Assembly: GCF_963921235.1 (NCBI RefSeq)
Contig: NC_086109.1
Location: 14,510,001 to 14,574,000 of the forward strand
DNA length: 64,000 nt
DNA from: Mobula hypostoma
Lineage: Eukaryota
Direction of reading: 5' to 3'
In this document: positions 12,243-25,522 of the stretch, one piece after another
Numbering within the stretch: the first letter of the stretch is position 1
How the letters are laid out: every line of letters begins with the position of its first letter
Made by a program: the position numbers and the translations under genes
The notes under the pieces: generated by a model
What the model was told of the DNA's origin: nothing
Seen by the model: only the letters and a program-made list of their open reading frames with translations
The model's database searches: none

Positions 12243-12745
12243 ACAGGAAAGATATCAATAAACTAGAAAGACTGCAGGGAAAATTTACAAGGATTTCGTT
12301 GGAACTTCAGGACATGAGATAAGGTTGAATAGACTACGTTTTTGTTCCCTAGAGCATAGTAGAATTAGGGGAATTTGATAGAAGTATACAAAATTATGAG
12401 GGGTATAGGCAGGGTAAACGCAAGCAGGCTTTTTCCACCAAGGTTGGGTGAAATCAGAACTAGGGGTCATAGTTTCTACATAAAAGATGAAATATTTCAG
12501 GAGGGATTTGAGAGGATCTTGTTCACTCAGAAGGTGGTGCAAGTGTGGAATAAGCGGCCAGTGGAAGTGGCAGATAAAGGTTTGATTGTAGCATTCAAGA
12601 CAACTCTGGATAGATACATGGATGGGAAGAGTTTAGAAGGATATTATCCCTGTGTAGGTGGATGAGACAAGACAGAAGAACAGGTTGACCGTGTCTAGAT
12701 GGGCTGAAGGGCCTGTTACTGGGCAGCAGTGCTCTAGGACCCCAT
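12243..12745 (+). mobile_element. CR1 LINE 3' fragment
   Basis: IEVYKIMRGIGRVNASRLFP...TRGH...FTQKVVQVWN motif. Confidence 0.8.
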
Positions 12746-15143
12746 GGCACTTTCCAAACTCAGTAACTAAAGGCAATAACACTCACTTTGGCCCAGTTGG
12801 CCAAAGCAATGCCTTGATGACTTAAGTAAAGACTCATTTATGTGCAAATCAAATCTGAAACCAGCTCTGGAGGCCTCACACCCTTATGTGAATATGGTTA
12901 CAGCTAATGGACCCATTTCTCAACTGGAATGGTGACTACCATAAATGGTCATCTTAGTTGTGACTAATTAGAATCCTACAAATAGCTTTAGTGGAGGACA
13001 CTTGCATTTCTATCCCCAAAGTGATGTGTTAGTAAGTGAAGTATCTTGGAAGCAAAGGCACTTCACATTGAAACAGGCAAAGTGTACAAATCTAGCTCCA
13101 ACAAACACTAAACCAAATAGCTGGATGAATCATGTCGAGTTTGTAAGCACATAACAAGCCACCTGGATGAAAAGCTCGAGTATGTAGGATAGTCACTGTG
13201 CTACTGAATCACGTACATTCTAAGTGGGAAATTGATCAACTGATGGATTTTATGGCAGGGTTCAAGGGGACTTTGTAAACACCTGGCTACAGAATGGAAA
13301 GTTCTCTCTTCTGGAGGCCATGCATTACAGAAGGTTTGTTCCACCTGCACATACAGTATACCTGTCTGCTTCTCCATAGTTCATTCACCCATCTTCCCCT
13401 TAACACAGCCTCAGAATAACAGGATATCTATAAAACCATAAGACATAGGAGCAGAATTAGGTCAATTGGCCCATCGAATCTGCTCCGCCGTTCAGTCATG
13501 GCTGAGTCAGTTTCCCTCTTAACCACATTCTCCTGTCTTCTCACCATAACCTTTGACGTCCTTACTAATCAAGAAACTATCAACCTCTGCTTTAAATATA
13601 TCCGATAACTTGGCTTCCACAGACATCTGTGGTAATAAATTCCACAGATTCATCACCCTTTAGAACAAAGGTGAGGAGGAATTTCTTTAGCCAGAAGGTG
13701 GTGAATCTTTGGAATTCATTGCCATAGATGGGTGTGGAGGGCAAGTAAATAGGTATTGATAGGTTGATAGGTTCTTGATTAGTAAGGGCATCAAAGGTTA
13801 TGGGGAGAAAGCAGGAGAATGGGGTTGAGGGGAAAAAGAAATCAGTCATGGTCAAGTGGCAGAGCAGACTCAATGAGCTGAATTGTCTTATTGTCTTAAC
13901 CTGGAAACTCTCAGTCCGAGGGAGTTATCTAAACCCCAACTATCAACTCTTGAAAGAGGAGATGTTATTGCTGGTACCCTGGAACATTCTCATCTTCGTC
14001 GCTTTACCACACTACAGTTAATTGTGCAATATGCCATGGAAAGGTGACAAAAATAAAATATTTTGTGGACAGAAAAGGGAATTTTGAACAGAATGAAGAC
14101 AAGAGTGCCCATTTCACTGTGAGCATTTCAACTGAAAGAGCAAATCGGTGTGTTAATTTCCTAAGTAGGAAGTGTGGTTAAACCCTGTAAATTTCATGAG
14201 ATCCTGGACTCTTGTTTAGTGGTTTAATGAGCCCAGAGATGTCCCTAAACATGGACCATTCCCTCCTTAACCTAAAGATATTCACATATGAACAGGAAAA
14301 TAACTTTTCTTTTCTGTTTCCATCTGTCATCGACCAGCCTCTTGTCTTCCAAATCCACCTCTCCCGTTCCCTACTCCACTCCTCAATGCACATCGGGCCA
14401 ATCTCTCACCTGTCCTCCTCTCCCCTTTATGCTAGCTGTCTCGTTTCTCCATCCTGATGCAGGGTCTGAACCCAAAGATCTAGACTTTCCTCCCCCACAG
14501 ATGCTGTTTGATCGGCTGAGATCTCCCAGCAGGTTGCTGCCGCAGTCTCTCGAGTTTTCACACCAGTGGTTTGGTGTTTAGTATTCAAACAGGAAAGGGA
14601 CCGTTTCTGCAGTAATAGGAGTGTAGACAGGCACAGATCCACAAGTGTATTTATTGCCGTGTATTCACAGCACAGATTTGCCAACTCCCTGAGAGCCTCT
14701 GGGGATTGAAGATTAACATCCAGTTCAGTGCCAAGACCAAAACCCAGGAGAACAATCACAAGCACAATTAAATAACTGTGCTTTCTTTTCAACCCACTTT
14801 TCTTTGAACACTTCTGTTTATTAGCCAAAAGGTAAAGGAATTGTATAAATTGTCTGTCAGAAAGGAGTCTGCACACTTGCCAGCTGACATGGGAGGAGGG
14901 AGTGTGTGGATAAGGCCGTGGCCAGCAGAACTCCTGTAATGAAACCTCTAGCCTTGAACTTCATACAAGGCAGCTGATGCTCACGTGTGGATAGCCAGGA
15001 AGTAACGGACAATCCTTGAATTCACGAGGCCACCAAGGTATACGCTATTGAGTATCTACTAGCACTATCACACAAATGATCAGCACGCACTAACAGTAAA
15101 ATAAGGACTATTGTCAGAAAGATTAGAGAGGGCATCACGTCAC

Positions 15144-15244
15144 CTTGAAGGCGTGCTTGCGGGTGATGTTATCGGCGGGTTGAACAGGGCTTATTCGGAA
15201 GCTAAACAAAGGAATGCTTGCCAGGACTGCTTCCTCTTTCTCAT
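15144..15244 (-). CDS. PLEKHA6: PLEKHA6-like coding exon, PH domain (DEKEEAVLASIPLFSFRISPVQPADNITRKHAFK)
   Basis: Acceptor ttttctccgcatccag| and donor |GTGACG; 101 nt, phase 1 to 0. Closely matches human PLEKHA6 DEKEESILGSIPLLSFRVAAVQPSDNISRKHTFK. Confidence 0.95.
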
Positions 15245-16472
15245 CTGGATGCGGAGAAAAGGAAGACAGTTACTGATATGACTCTGTGGTCTCTTTCACA
15301 CTCTTGGTCCGAGTTGAAGGGCAGAAGAGGACATCTTCAAAAGACGATACCTCAAAACGGCAGCACCCATCATTAAAGACCCCTACAACCCAGGACATGC
15401 CCTCTTCTCAGTACTACCATCAAAGAGGAGCCCAAAGACATACACTTAATACCTTAGGAGCATCTTCTTCCCCTCCACCATCAGATTTCTGAATGGACAT
15501 TGAACCCATGAACACTACCTCACTGTTTTTGCTCTCTTTTTGCACTTATTTAATTTTTTAAATATATTTTTATTGTAATTTATAGTATATTTTATGTATT
15601 GTACTGCACTGCTGCCACAAAGCAACAAATCTCACGACATAAAAGTCTGACAGTAAATCTGATTCTAAGAAAACAGCAATTCTGACGTGCAACTCCTTGC
15701 ACCCATCACACTTGACCTGATTACTGGTCGATCAAGAAGTACGCAAACCCCTTTTATTTCCATTATTCCACGACTGTTGCCCACACCTCCAGATGCAGAG
15801 GTCAGGCTCTTTATCTTCCTTCACTAAATGTCCTCAGCTCTCACTATTTCCCACTTCCACTTTTCTGACTAAAGCTTTAGCTCAAGGTCACAAGGCTAGG
15901 GTTCAACAACTCAACTACTATCCTTCAGCACTTACGGTCACTTTGCAACCCTATAGACTCCATATAAAAACAAGCTCTCACTGTACAATACTAGATGGCA
16001 GGAGAAGAACAGCTAAAGTACTCCTTCCCTCCCTGTGCCTGACTGTTCAGGCATCAGTGAGTTAACTCCATGGCTCTATCTAAAGGTGGGAGAAAACAAA
16101 GTTAAAATTGAAGCATCCAGAATCATCTCGGGTATTATAACTAAAGGTAGACAACATAGGTGACAATCTAACCCCTTCTGCACACTTTTCCATTCAAACT
16201 ACTATTAAACCTCTCCAGTTAACTTCTTTCAGAAGGTCAGTATTGCCCACTTAATATCTTAATAATTATCGTTCATTTAAATAATTAATTACTGGTTATA
16301 TGCATTTTATCCCACAGAACCTGAAACAAAACAAAAATCTGACAATCCCAGCAAAGTTCCCGTTGACCACCCCTTTTCTTTCTGACTCTCATTACTAGGT
16401 GCAAAGGCAGAGTTCACAAAGTGTGCTGGGCTGTAGCAGAGTGACAGCACAGTTACAGAAGAGGAGCATTAC

Positions 16473-16545
16473 CTCGGTAGTAGAAGAGGCAGCGATCCGC
16501 CAACACGAACCACCGTTTGTTCCATGACTTTACTCCCGAACTGGC
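16473..16545 (-). CDS. PLEKHA6: PLEKHA6-like coding exon, PH domain (ASSGVKSWNKRWFVLADRCLFYYR+G)
   Basis: Acceptor tgtttggcag| and donor |GTAATG; 73 nt, phase 0 to 1. ASSGVKxWNKRWFVLxDRCLFYY fits PLEKHA6 rather than PLEKHA5 (DSTGMKLWKKRW) or PLEKHA7 (DSSGMRLWKRRW). Confidence 0.95.
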
Positions 16546-17721
16546 CTGCCAAACACAATCAGAGTGTCAAATCCTTGTACTTGTTCGAAGTCAGCAATTT
16601 GCAATAAATTCTGCCACCAGTCAATGCTTCCCTTGGGCTGTGGACACACCCAAGGGCTGTGAGACATTGGGCCAGATCCCAGGAATGGCCAATGAGCGAG
16701 TCTGTAGATAAACAGCTGGCTTAAACCAGTCCTCATTTCAACACATTCCAGATTCCCACAATTATGCAAAACAATGCAGAAGAACAGAACAAGTGCAGGC
16801 ACTTCTGACATTTCACTCCATCTCCAACTCACTGTAACATCAGGATGCACTACACTCCTGACCCCTCAACCTCACTCCAGCCACTGCTGTACACATAGTG
16901 ATTTCCTATAAAGGTAACTAAATTCACCAAGTTTAACTTACCTTTCTAATGAAGAAAAATGGCTTATAATGTAATTAATAAAGTTTTAAATATTTTCTGT
17001 CAGTTAATTGATATTCTACTTTTTATATGAATACTTGTCCCTGTAAATTACTCCATACTCTGCAATACTTTCAAATTGGCTCTGATCACCAAGAACTTGG
17101 AAGCAGTCTGCTGACTGTAGAAGCTGTCAGAAGGCCATCAGGGTGCCTGTGGGTGGGGCTTTAATTAGAAGCATAGAACTGTTATAGCATGGGGGAGGGC
17201 ATTTGCCAACTGAGTCTATGCTAGTCTGTAAATCAATAATGCATTCTGTACACCAGTATATCACTCCACATCCCAATATATAATTCACCAATTTAACACT
17301 CCAACATGTATTACGATGACCATAAAAGATCAATGCTTCCAAAAACAAAGCGTTGCTGACAATCTGACTGCAATACAGAAAATGCTAGGAGCACTAAGCT
17401 CCAATGAAAAGTCTTCAACTTTAATGTTGTGGAAGCCGGGAATTGGTAGGATGAACTTGTCAGAATGAGAAATACAGAGAGCGGCAAAGCCATTGCCTAA
17501 GCTGACTGCTTGGTGCCAGATAGTAAGGGAGAATGATGTCACATCAGGTTACTGAACTTCTTGACATTGGGATAGCACACCCAGACCAGGAGGGAGGCGA
17601 GTGGTGGCATGACTGAGATCACTAAGGATTCACTTGATCAAGTTCTCACTGGTTTAACACTTCCTTTACAAAAAAAAAATCACTCCTGTCATTTGAGTTT
17701 CCCCACTGGAATTGGAATACC

Positions 17722-17722
<1 letters not shown>

Positions 17723-17756
<34 letters not shown>
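17723..17756. repeat. (CA)n microsatellite
   Basis: Directly visible. Confidence 0.95.
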
Positions 17757-17758
<2 letters not shown>

Positions 17759-17989
17759 CCTCCTGAGGAACACCTAGACTCAAGCAGGCAATCCTGTTGA
17801 ACATTCCCACTTGGCACTCCTTGAGCCTGCAGATGACTGGTCAGGGCTATGAGCAGTCCTGTGCACCCCAGAATCTTCACAGATGCTGAAAAATGGTGAA
17901 TCATTCAAATTAAACAAAGAACATTTTAATGAACAGAGCCGACAGATTACTCTCACCACAGACGGTGTTGCCCAGTTCTACAATGAGAC

Positions 17990-18780
17990 TACACACCAGT
18001 CCTCACTGGTGGGTCGGTGGTGGAGAGGGTAGCCAGCTTCAGATCCCTGGATATTAACATCTTGGGTGCCCTGGCCTGGGTTCAGCACATAAATGCAATA
18101 ATGAAGAAGGCACACAGTGCCTCTATCTTCTTAAAAGCTTAAGATCAGATATGTCACCAAATACTCCAACTTCTACAGATCAACTTTGAAAGTACTGTAT
18201 CCTGACTGGTTGCATCGTGCCTGATATGGTAATTCCAATGCACAGGAACACAAGAAGGTGCAGAGAATAGTGGACACAGCTCTGTCCATCTGCAGCACAA
18301 CCCCACCCCCCAACACTGACAGTATCCTTGGGACAAGTTGCCTCAAAAAGTCGGCATGCACCATCGAGGATGCATACCATCCTGATACCATACCTTCCCT
18401 CTTCTCCCTGCTACCAGCAGGCAGGAGGTACAGAGCCACACCACCAGGTTCGGCAACAACTACTTTCCTGCAAACATCTGGTTCTTGAACCAACTTGCAC
18501 GTCCTTAACCCTGCCTGCGCAACAGAACATTATAAATCAATTCTGACATTTCCATGGACTTGGTTTTGATTGCAAGTGATTTTTTTCCCCCCAGTGTCTT
18601 GCTCTTGTACAGCTTTTTCCCCCGTGTGGTATGAACTTAGATCAAACGTCTGCTTAATTTACATTCTGAGCGCTCTCTGTACCTGTGTGCCTGTGATGCT
18701 CCCACAAGCAAACTTTTCATTTGACTGTACCTCACCATCCATACTTGTGCACATGGGAATAAACTTGACCCAACTCAAAA
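17990..18780 (+). mobile_element. Rex1/Babar-like LINE 3' fragment
   Basis: CLKKSACTIEDAYHPDTIPSLFSLLPAGRRYR motif. Confidence 0.75.
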
Positions 18781-21199
18781 CATTGGTAGCAACATACAGA
18801 AAACAGCTTGCCACAAGCTACAGTTCCTAGTGGGATGCTAATCCAATGGTCAATAAACTATATTTAATACACTCTCCCCACTTTCATGTACAGGTGAGCA
18901 ATGGTGGCCCAATACTTCTCCCCCATCTGCCCTGGAATCGTCTTGTCCTCAATGAACTTGCACTTGTTTTGGTAAACCGGCCTCAATAACTTGACACTTG
19001 GTTACTCTGGCTTAGAATTTGTTGGAAGCCTTTCAATATATGAAAAGGTCCTGTTCACTAAAACATACTTTTTAAAAAAAGTGGCAGAATTGGTAAAATA
19101 TTTCCCACGCTCCCATTTGGTGGGATCCTCTCAGGAAAGAAGGGAAGTATTCTCCAGAGTAGGAAAGTTTGGGAACCTTCAATGTTTGGTATAAATATAA
19201 CAGACCCTAAGAGCACATATTAGACAATAAATAGGCCTCTTCATCATATCTGTTCAAAGATTTAAATACAGCCTAAGTTTGAAACTACAAAGATCTTTCC
19301 ATGTTATTTCATTTCAGCAGAAACACTGAAGATTTAATTTTTTCATTAAAAATGAAACTTAAGCTCCATGCCTTTCCCTTTCATTTATTATTTTTAATAA
19401 AGAACACAGTTCTGGACCTCCTTGGTTCTGGCCATGTCTCTGGGGTTAACAGTGGATTGGAATCACAGAAATCTGTAACACAGAATCTGTTCCTGTGCTG
19501 TACTTCTCTATGACTCTATAACGTTCTGTGTGGATGCACCACAGCTTGGTATGGTAATTGTGAAAAATAAAAGCAGTTTATTCACTCATCATATCTATTC
19601 TGAACAAAAACTACTTGATCCGACTTCCCAGCTCCTGGCTCACAGACTGGATATCTAAGTCCTTTCTAAATATGATGAGGTCTTCCACTGCTAATATCCT
19701 TTCCGGCTGCGGTTTTCAGACCTCCCAAACACCCAGAGAGCGAAAATATTTCATGCGACATTCCCTGACCATGCTGCTCCAAGTGAAAGATTAATGGCTG
19801 CAGGATCTAAAGACCAGCACAGAGCTTATGGTTTTTTTTTAACAATCAACCATGAAAGAGCCGCTGTTGTACCGAGGAATGAACCGCATTTTCATTAACC
19901 TGAAGTCTGGGCTTTAATGGGTGACAGATGTCAGTCTTGGACACAATTTGTACTGTAATTCTATTACAATAATATTTTAATTTGACCTGACTCCTGTCGA
20001 GACAACTTTAAAGAAAAACAGTATTCACACAAGGGATTTTACATACGCGTACGTGTGCATGAGCACACCTGTGCGCGTGTATGTGAGCATGCGTGCGCGA
20101 GCGTGTACGCACATTCATGTGTGAGTGCGCGTGTTGGACTGATGGGAGGATGAGAGAGGGGCTCGCTTTGCTGCTGCTGCCTTGTTCTGCTGTTTTTGCT
20201 GTTGCTGCCGCTCGTGTTGTTCTGCTGAACATGATGGACATGCTACATTGGCCCCGGAATGTGTGGCGGTGCTTGCGGGCTGCCCCCAGCACATTCCTGG
20301 GTGTATTGGACGTTAATGCTAATAATGCATTTCACTGTACGTTGTTCTGATGTTCTGAATCTGAATCCCGAATCCTTTTAACACTACATTGCTGATTACT
20401 GATGTCTCTGCCAAGGGAACAAGTGCCTCCTACCCACTCTACTCAACGGCTTCTGCGTTGGCTGGAGCACATACAAAGGTACAGTTTAATAAAACTCTTC
20501 GCCTAGTTGACACTCCAGTGAATAAATACCAGCCAAGCCATAATTTAGAGGCACTTCAGCTCTGCTGATTGGGCAGCAGGATAAGATTTTAAGTGACCCT
20601 TCCACTGCTGGATAACCAATAAACTGCACAGTCGGCTATTGTCTACTCAGCAGGAGGACAGCATTGAAAACGGAGGAGGATGGGACACTGAGAGAGAAGC
20701 GGAACCATGCACTCCATTCACTGACACACAGAATGGTATGTGTGAGATAATCATAGACACTGATATCAAGGCCCACCTTAACATTCTGATGAACAGACGA
20801 ATTTATGCCCCAGTTACTAATAGAATCTGCCTCACACAGTAATACCTTGGAGTGCCTTGGATATAATTCCTTTACGCTCAGCACCAAGTCCATCGATTTC
20901 CATATTTCCTTACGGCATGGTAAGTGGACACTTGGCTCACCAACTTTGTGCCGCCTCACAGAGCAATCCTATTTCTCCACATTCCCATCAATTTCCCCAG
21001 CTCACCCTGGATTCCACCCTTCACCTTTACAACCTACAGCAAACAATGAACCTGCACACAGTTGGGATGGGGGGAGGAAATTAGAAAACCCAGCGACAGT
21101 CCACAGGGTCACCAGGAGATCTGTCCAAATTCCACACTGACAGGATCAAAACTGGGTGGATGGAGCAACGAGGTGGTTGCACTACTGAATAATCATCAC

Positions 21200-21645
21200 T
21201 AGTGACCCTGGGAATGAAAGGGTTAATGTGTGAGGAGCATTTGATGGCACTGGGCCTGTGCTTGCTGGATTTCAGAAGAACGAGGGAGACCTCACTGAAA
21301 CCTATTGAATATTGAAAGGCCATTATAGAATGGATGTGCAGAGGATGTTTCCAGTTGTGAGAAAGTCTAGAACCAGGGGGCCCAGCCTCAAACTAGAACA
21401 CAGATAAGGGGGAACTTCTTCAGCCATAGAGTGGTGAATCTGTGGACACAGACAGCTGTGGTGGCCAAGTCATTGGATATATTTAAAGCAGAGGCTGATA
21501 GGCCTTTGATTAGTAAGGGCATCAAAGAGTATGGGCAGAAGGCTAAAGAATGGGGTTGAGAGGGGGAATCATCAGCCATGATTGAATGGAGGAGCAGACA
21601 CGATGAACCGAATAATCCCATTCTGCTCCGATGTCTTCTAGTCTT
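21200..21645 (+). mobile_element. CR1 LINE 3' fragment
   Basis: Typical ...agagtggtgaatctgtgga...gctgataggcctttgattagtaagggcatcaaag... 3' region. Confidence 0.75.
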
Positions 21646-22532
21646 ATGAAGTACCCAGGGATATCTAGAAGTGGCTCAGAACGGAGGAACCAAATCACGC
21701 ACAACAGTCTCAAGAGTTTATAGAAAATAGTGCGAAAAACAGAACCCATCTACTGATTGGCAGATCTCTGGGCAAAAACGTTCTGTTAATGAGAGAGGTC
21801 AAAGGTGAATGGCCAGACTGGTTCAAGCTGACAGGAAGCCGACAACAATTCAAGTAACCACACATTACAACAGTGGTGTATAGAAGAGCATCTCTGAATG
21901 CATAACACGAACTTTGCTACAGCAGCAAAGACTATGAATATACACTCTTTGAGTAGACTAATTTGTTTTCCAGGGAAGAGTGAGCTGCAACAGTTGGGCC
22001 TAAAGACATTTTCTGAATTGCTCTCTTGACTGTGTGGACACAGCATGGATACAGGCCCTTTGGCCCAGCTAGGCCATGCTGAGCACGATGCCCACCCAGT
22101 TCCCTGTACTTGTCCCGTATCTGTCTTAAATCCCTTCTTAAATGATACTATTGCACCTGCCTCAACTATTTCTGGCAGCTCACTCCATATAGTCACCACT
22201 GGCTTTGTGAAAAAGCTGCCCCTTGAGTCCCTTTTAAACCATTCCCCCTCACCCTACATCTAAGCCCCCTAGTCTTAGACTCTCCTAACATGGTGAAAAG
22301 ACCTAACTATGCCTCTCATAATTTTAAACACTTCTACAAGGTTGTCCGTCATTCTCCTACATTCCAAGGAATAAAGGCGTGGCCTGGCCAAACTCTCTCT
22401 ATAACTTTGTCCTTCTAGTCCTACCACTATCCTTGTATATCTTTCCAACTCCTTCCAGTTGAACCACATCTCTTCTACAACAGGGTGAATCAAACTGTAC
22501 ACAGTACTCCAAGTGCACTCTCACCATTGAAA

Positions 22533-23086
22533 CTTCTGAAATGCCCGCTTCGCTGCCGCTGCTACTGTGCGATCGAGAACCTCCGGAGGGGAAGGCCCCA
22601 AATCCTCGGCTTTGCCTATTGCTTGGTGGCCGGGGCTGGGGTCGAAGTGCACGGCAGAGATGGTGCTTGGTGCTCGATGTCAGAGGGCTGGTCGGAGGCT
22701 CGAAGTTTTCGAACGGACTCAGAGTCGGCTGTAGTCGGGTGCTTTCAGGGTGCTGCATCAGCAAGTTTGCGGCACTGGAGGTTCATGGCAGGAAGAGAGT
22801 TTCTCTTCCTTCTACTGTCTACGTGAGATGATAGGACTTTCCAGAGACTTTGAGACTTTTTTTTTACCGTGCCCATGGTCTGTTCTTTATCAAATTACGG
22901 TATTGCTTTGCACTGTTGTAACTATACATTATAATTATGTGGTTTTTGTCAGTTTTTCAGTCTTGGTTTGTCTTGTGTTTCTGTGATATCATACTGGAGG
23001 AACATTGTATCATTTCTTAATGCATGCATTACTAAACGACAATAAAAGAGGACTGTGTGTCCTCATAATCTAATCTAATCTAATCT
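22533..23086 (+). mobile_element. Young CpG-rich non-autonomous retroposon with (AATCT)n tail, inserted in a CR1 fragment
   Basis: GC/CpG-rich 5' half, T-rich 3' half, aataaa, and aatctaatctaatctaatct tail; it interrupts a minus-strand CR1. Confidence 0.6.
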
Positions 23087-24150
23087 ATACAACAGGCCAA
23101 CACTTCTCTCTAGCACTCTTGTAATGGTTACTTCAAATCAGTTAGCCCTGCCTTCCTTTTCTTATTAACATTCGGGACACAAACAGTGCAGCCACAACGG
23201 GAAGGCACTGATGATCCACCTTGAATCACACGATGATTATACGCCCACCTTGCTTGGCTGTTTTTGGTATGAATGTTCTTGCTGGGTCTTTCACGGAAGT
23301 TAGGGGTCAACCATATTACTAATGAAATCGGCTCTCCTCGTTAAGTCGTACTGAACATGGACAGCAGATGTCCCCTCAGAAGGCCAGTAATGCCCGGACA
23401 GGTTTGTAAAAACTATCCAATCGTTTCATGCAGCCAAATTTGAATTCCAAATATACTGAGTTAACTGAAATGAAGGTCCCCAGCTGGCATGATGAGATTT
23501 GGACTCACGTCTTATTCGTCAGCACTGGCTGCAATATATTCTAGTTATATCTGATGTAGAAAGGCCAAACAAGCTTGGGCTTTTCTTTTTGGAAGGAGGA
23601 TGAGAAGCAAATTGAAAGAAGTGTATAAGATTAGAGGCATAGATGAGTGATCAGACAACGCTTCTTCCCTAAGGAGCTAATTCCAGATTGGAGGAAAATT
23701 TAGGGGAGATGCCAGAGATAGGTTTTTATTTTACACAGAGTGGTAAGTGCATGGAATGCACTGCCAGGGGTGGTGGCTGAGGCTGATGTATTAAGGACAT
23801 TTAAAAGAGTCTTAAATAAGGACATAGATGAAAGAAAAATTCAGTTATAGACTGCGTTGGAGGGAAGGTTTCGATTTATCATGGAATAGGTTTATATTGG
23901 TCAGCACAGCATTGTGGGCTGAAAGGCCTGTACTGTGCTGTACTCTTCTAAGCTCTCTGTTATTATATGTTGCCTGCAAGATTCCTGAAAACTCTTTGCC
24001 TTGAGAAAATAGCATAGATTTGATTTTTACCACATTTCTTTAACAAAACCTTAAACGTATCTAGATGCTGTTTAAGGCTTTAATTTTGATTGGTGTCTTT
24101 GTACTGATGCTGAACATTGGCATTTTGTTTCAGTACCAGGTATATCGTAC

Positions 24151-24255
24151 CTGCTTAAATAACCAGCCGCGTTTCAGGACATTAGCTTTTGGATTCCGCT
24201 TCATCGAGTTCGACCTCTTGCCAAAGGAAGCATTCTTCTTTGATCCCTTGGAAGT
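24151..24255 (-). CDS. PLEKHA6: PLEKHA6-like coding exon, start of the PH domain (TSKGSKKNASFGKRSNSMKRNPKANVLKRGWLFKQ)
   Basis: Acceptor ctctttacag| and donor |GTACGA; 105 nt, phase 0 to 0. Carries the FGKRSxSMKRNP...GWLFKQ motif. Confidence 0.95.
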
Positions 24256-25007
24256 CTGTAAAGAGATGGGGTTAAAATGATTGAGGTCCAAAATTAAAAC
24301 TTCTTCTGAAAGAGCCCCAAGTTCCTCCAATGTCTCCAAATAAATATACCCCAACCCCACCTTTTCTAAGGGGAGCAATGATTGGGTCTTCAATCATAAA
24401 GTCAAAAAAAAACTTACCTTAAAGAAGTTGCACCCTATTACTGCCTCCACATTCCAGTCCCTGAGCTGTCAATCCTTTGCAGATATCCTCAACCTTAGAG
24501 GTTTAAATGGTAAACTTCATCACCAGAGACACCTGGACATGGACTAGAACTGGGGTTTCCAACATTTATTATGCCATGGACCCCAGGATGGGAAGATCTG
24601 GACGAGAGTAAGACGAGAAGGTGGTTCACTCTTCCCCCAAAACTGACCACTCCCAATCAGAACAAATTGATGGCCACTTTGCCAGGTCCAAGGATAGACC
24701 TATCACTGCCCCCCACTACCACCACTCGGAACACACCTATTCTCCTTCACACTGGGAATGCCACACTAGAAATGGTAGAAACGCTGTGATTTATAGTATA
24801 TTGTCTGAATTGCACTGTTTGCTGCAGCAAAACAACAAATTTCATGACGTATGCCAGTCACTATAAGCCTGATCCTGATTCTGAAATTTACTAGAAGTAG
24901 ATGAAAAACTCTCATGCTAGATAGCAGAAACCACTCCCTGTGTATCATCACCCTGCTCTGGAACTCTCTGCCTCTCTAAATCAGTAGCTATATTTCATTA
25001 GGAATTT

Positions 25008-25522
25008 CTGCAGTTGTACCATCGAGAGCGTTCTTACTGGCTGCATCGCCATCTGGTATGAGCACTACTGCACAGGATTGGAATAAGCTGCAGGGAGCTG
25101 TAAACGTAGTCAGCTCCATCGTGGGCACTAGCTTCCATAGTATCCAGGCCATCTTCACGGAACGATGCCTCAAAAAGGCGGCGTCCATCATTAAGAACCC
25201 CCATCACCAAGGTCATGCCCTCTTCTCTTTGCTACCATCAGGTAGGAGGTACAGAAGCCTGAAGGCACACGCTCATTGATTCAGGAAGAGCATCTTCCCC
25301 TCTACCGTCAGATTTCTGAATGGACATTCAACTCATTAACACTATCTTACTGCTTCTTAATTTCAATTTTGGCACTACTTCTTCATTTTAACTATTTAAT
25401 ATACATACTTTCTGTACTTCACTCTGTTTCCCCTGTACTATTATGTATTGCATTGTACTGCTGCCGCAAAGTTAACAAACTTCACAACATATGCCGGTGA
25501 TATTAAACTTGATTCTGATTCT
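25008..25522 (+). mobile_element. Rex1/Babar-like LINE 3' fragment
   Basis: CLKKAASIIKNPHHQGHALFSLLPSGRRYRSLK; tail attctgattct. Similar fragments at about 15328-15667, 28260-28700, 36590-37305 and 56200-56950. Confidence 0.8.
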
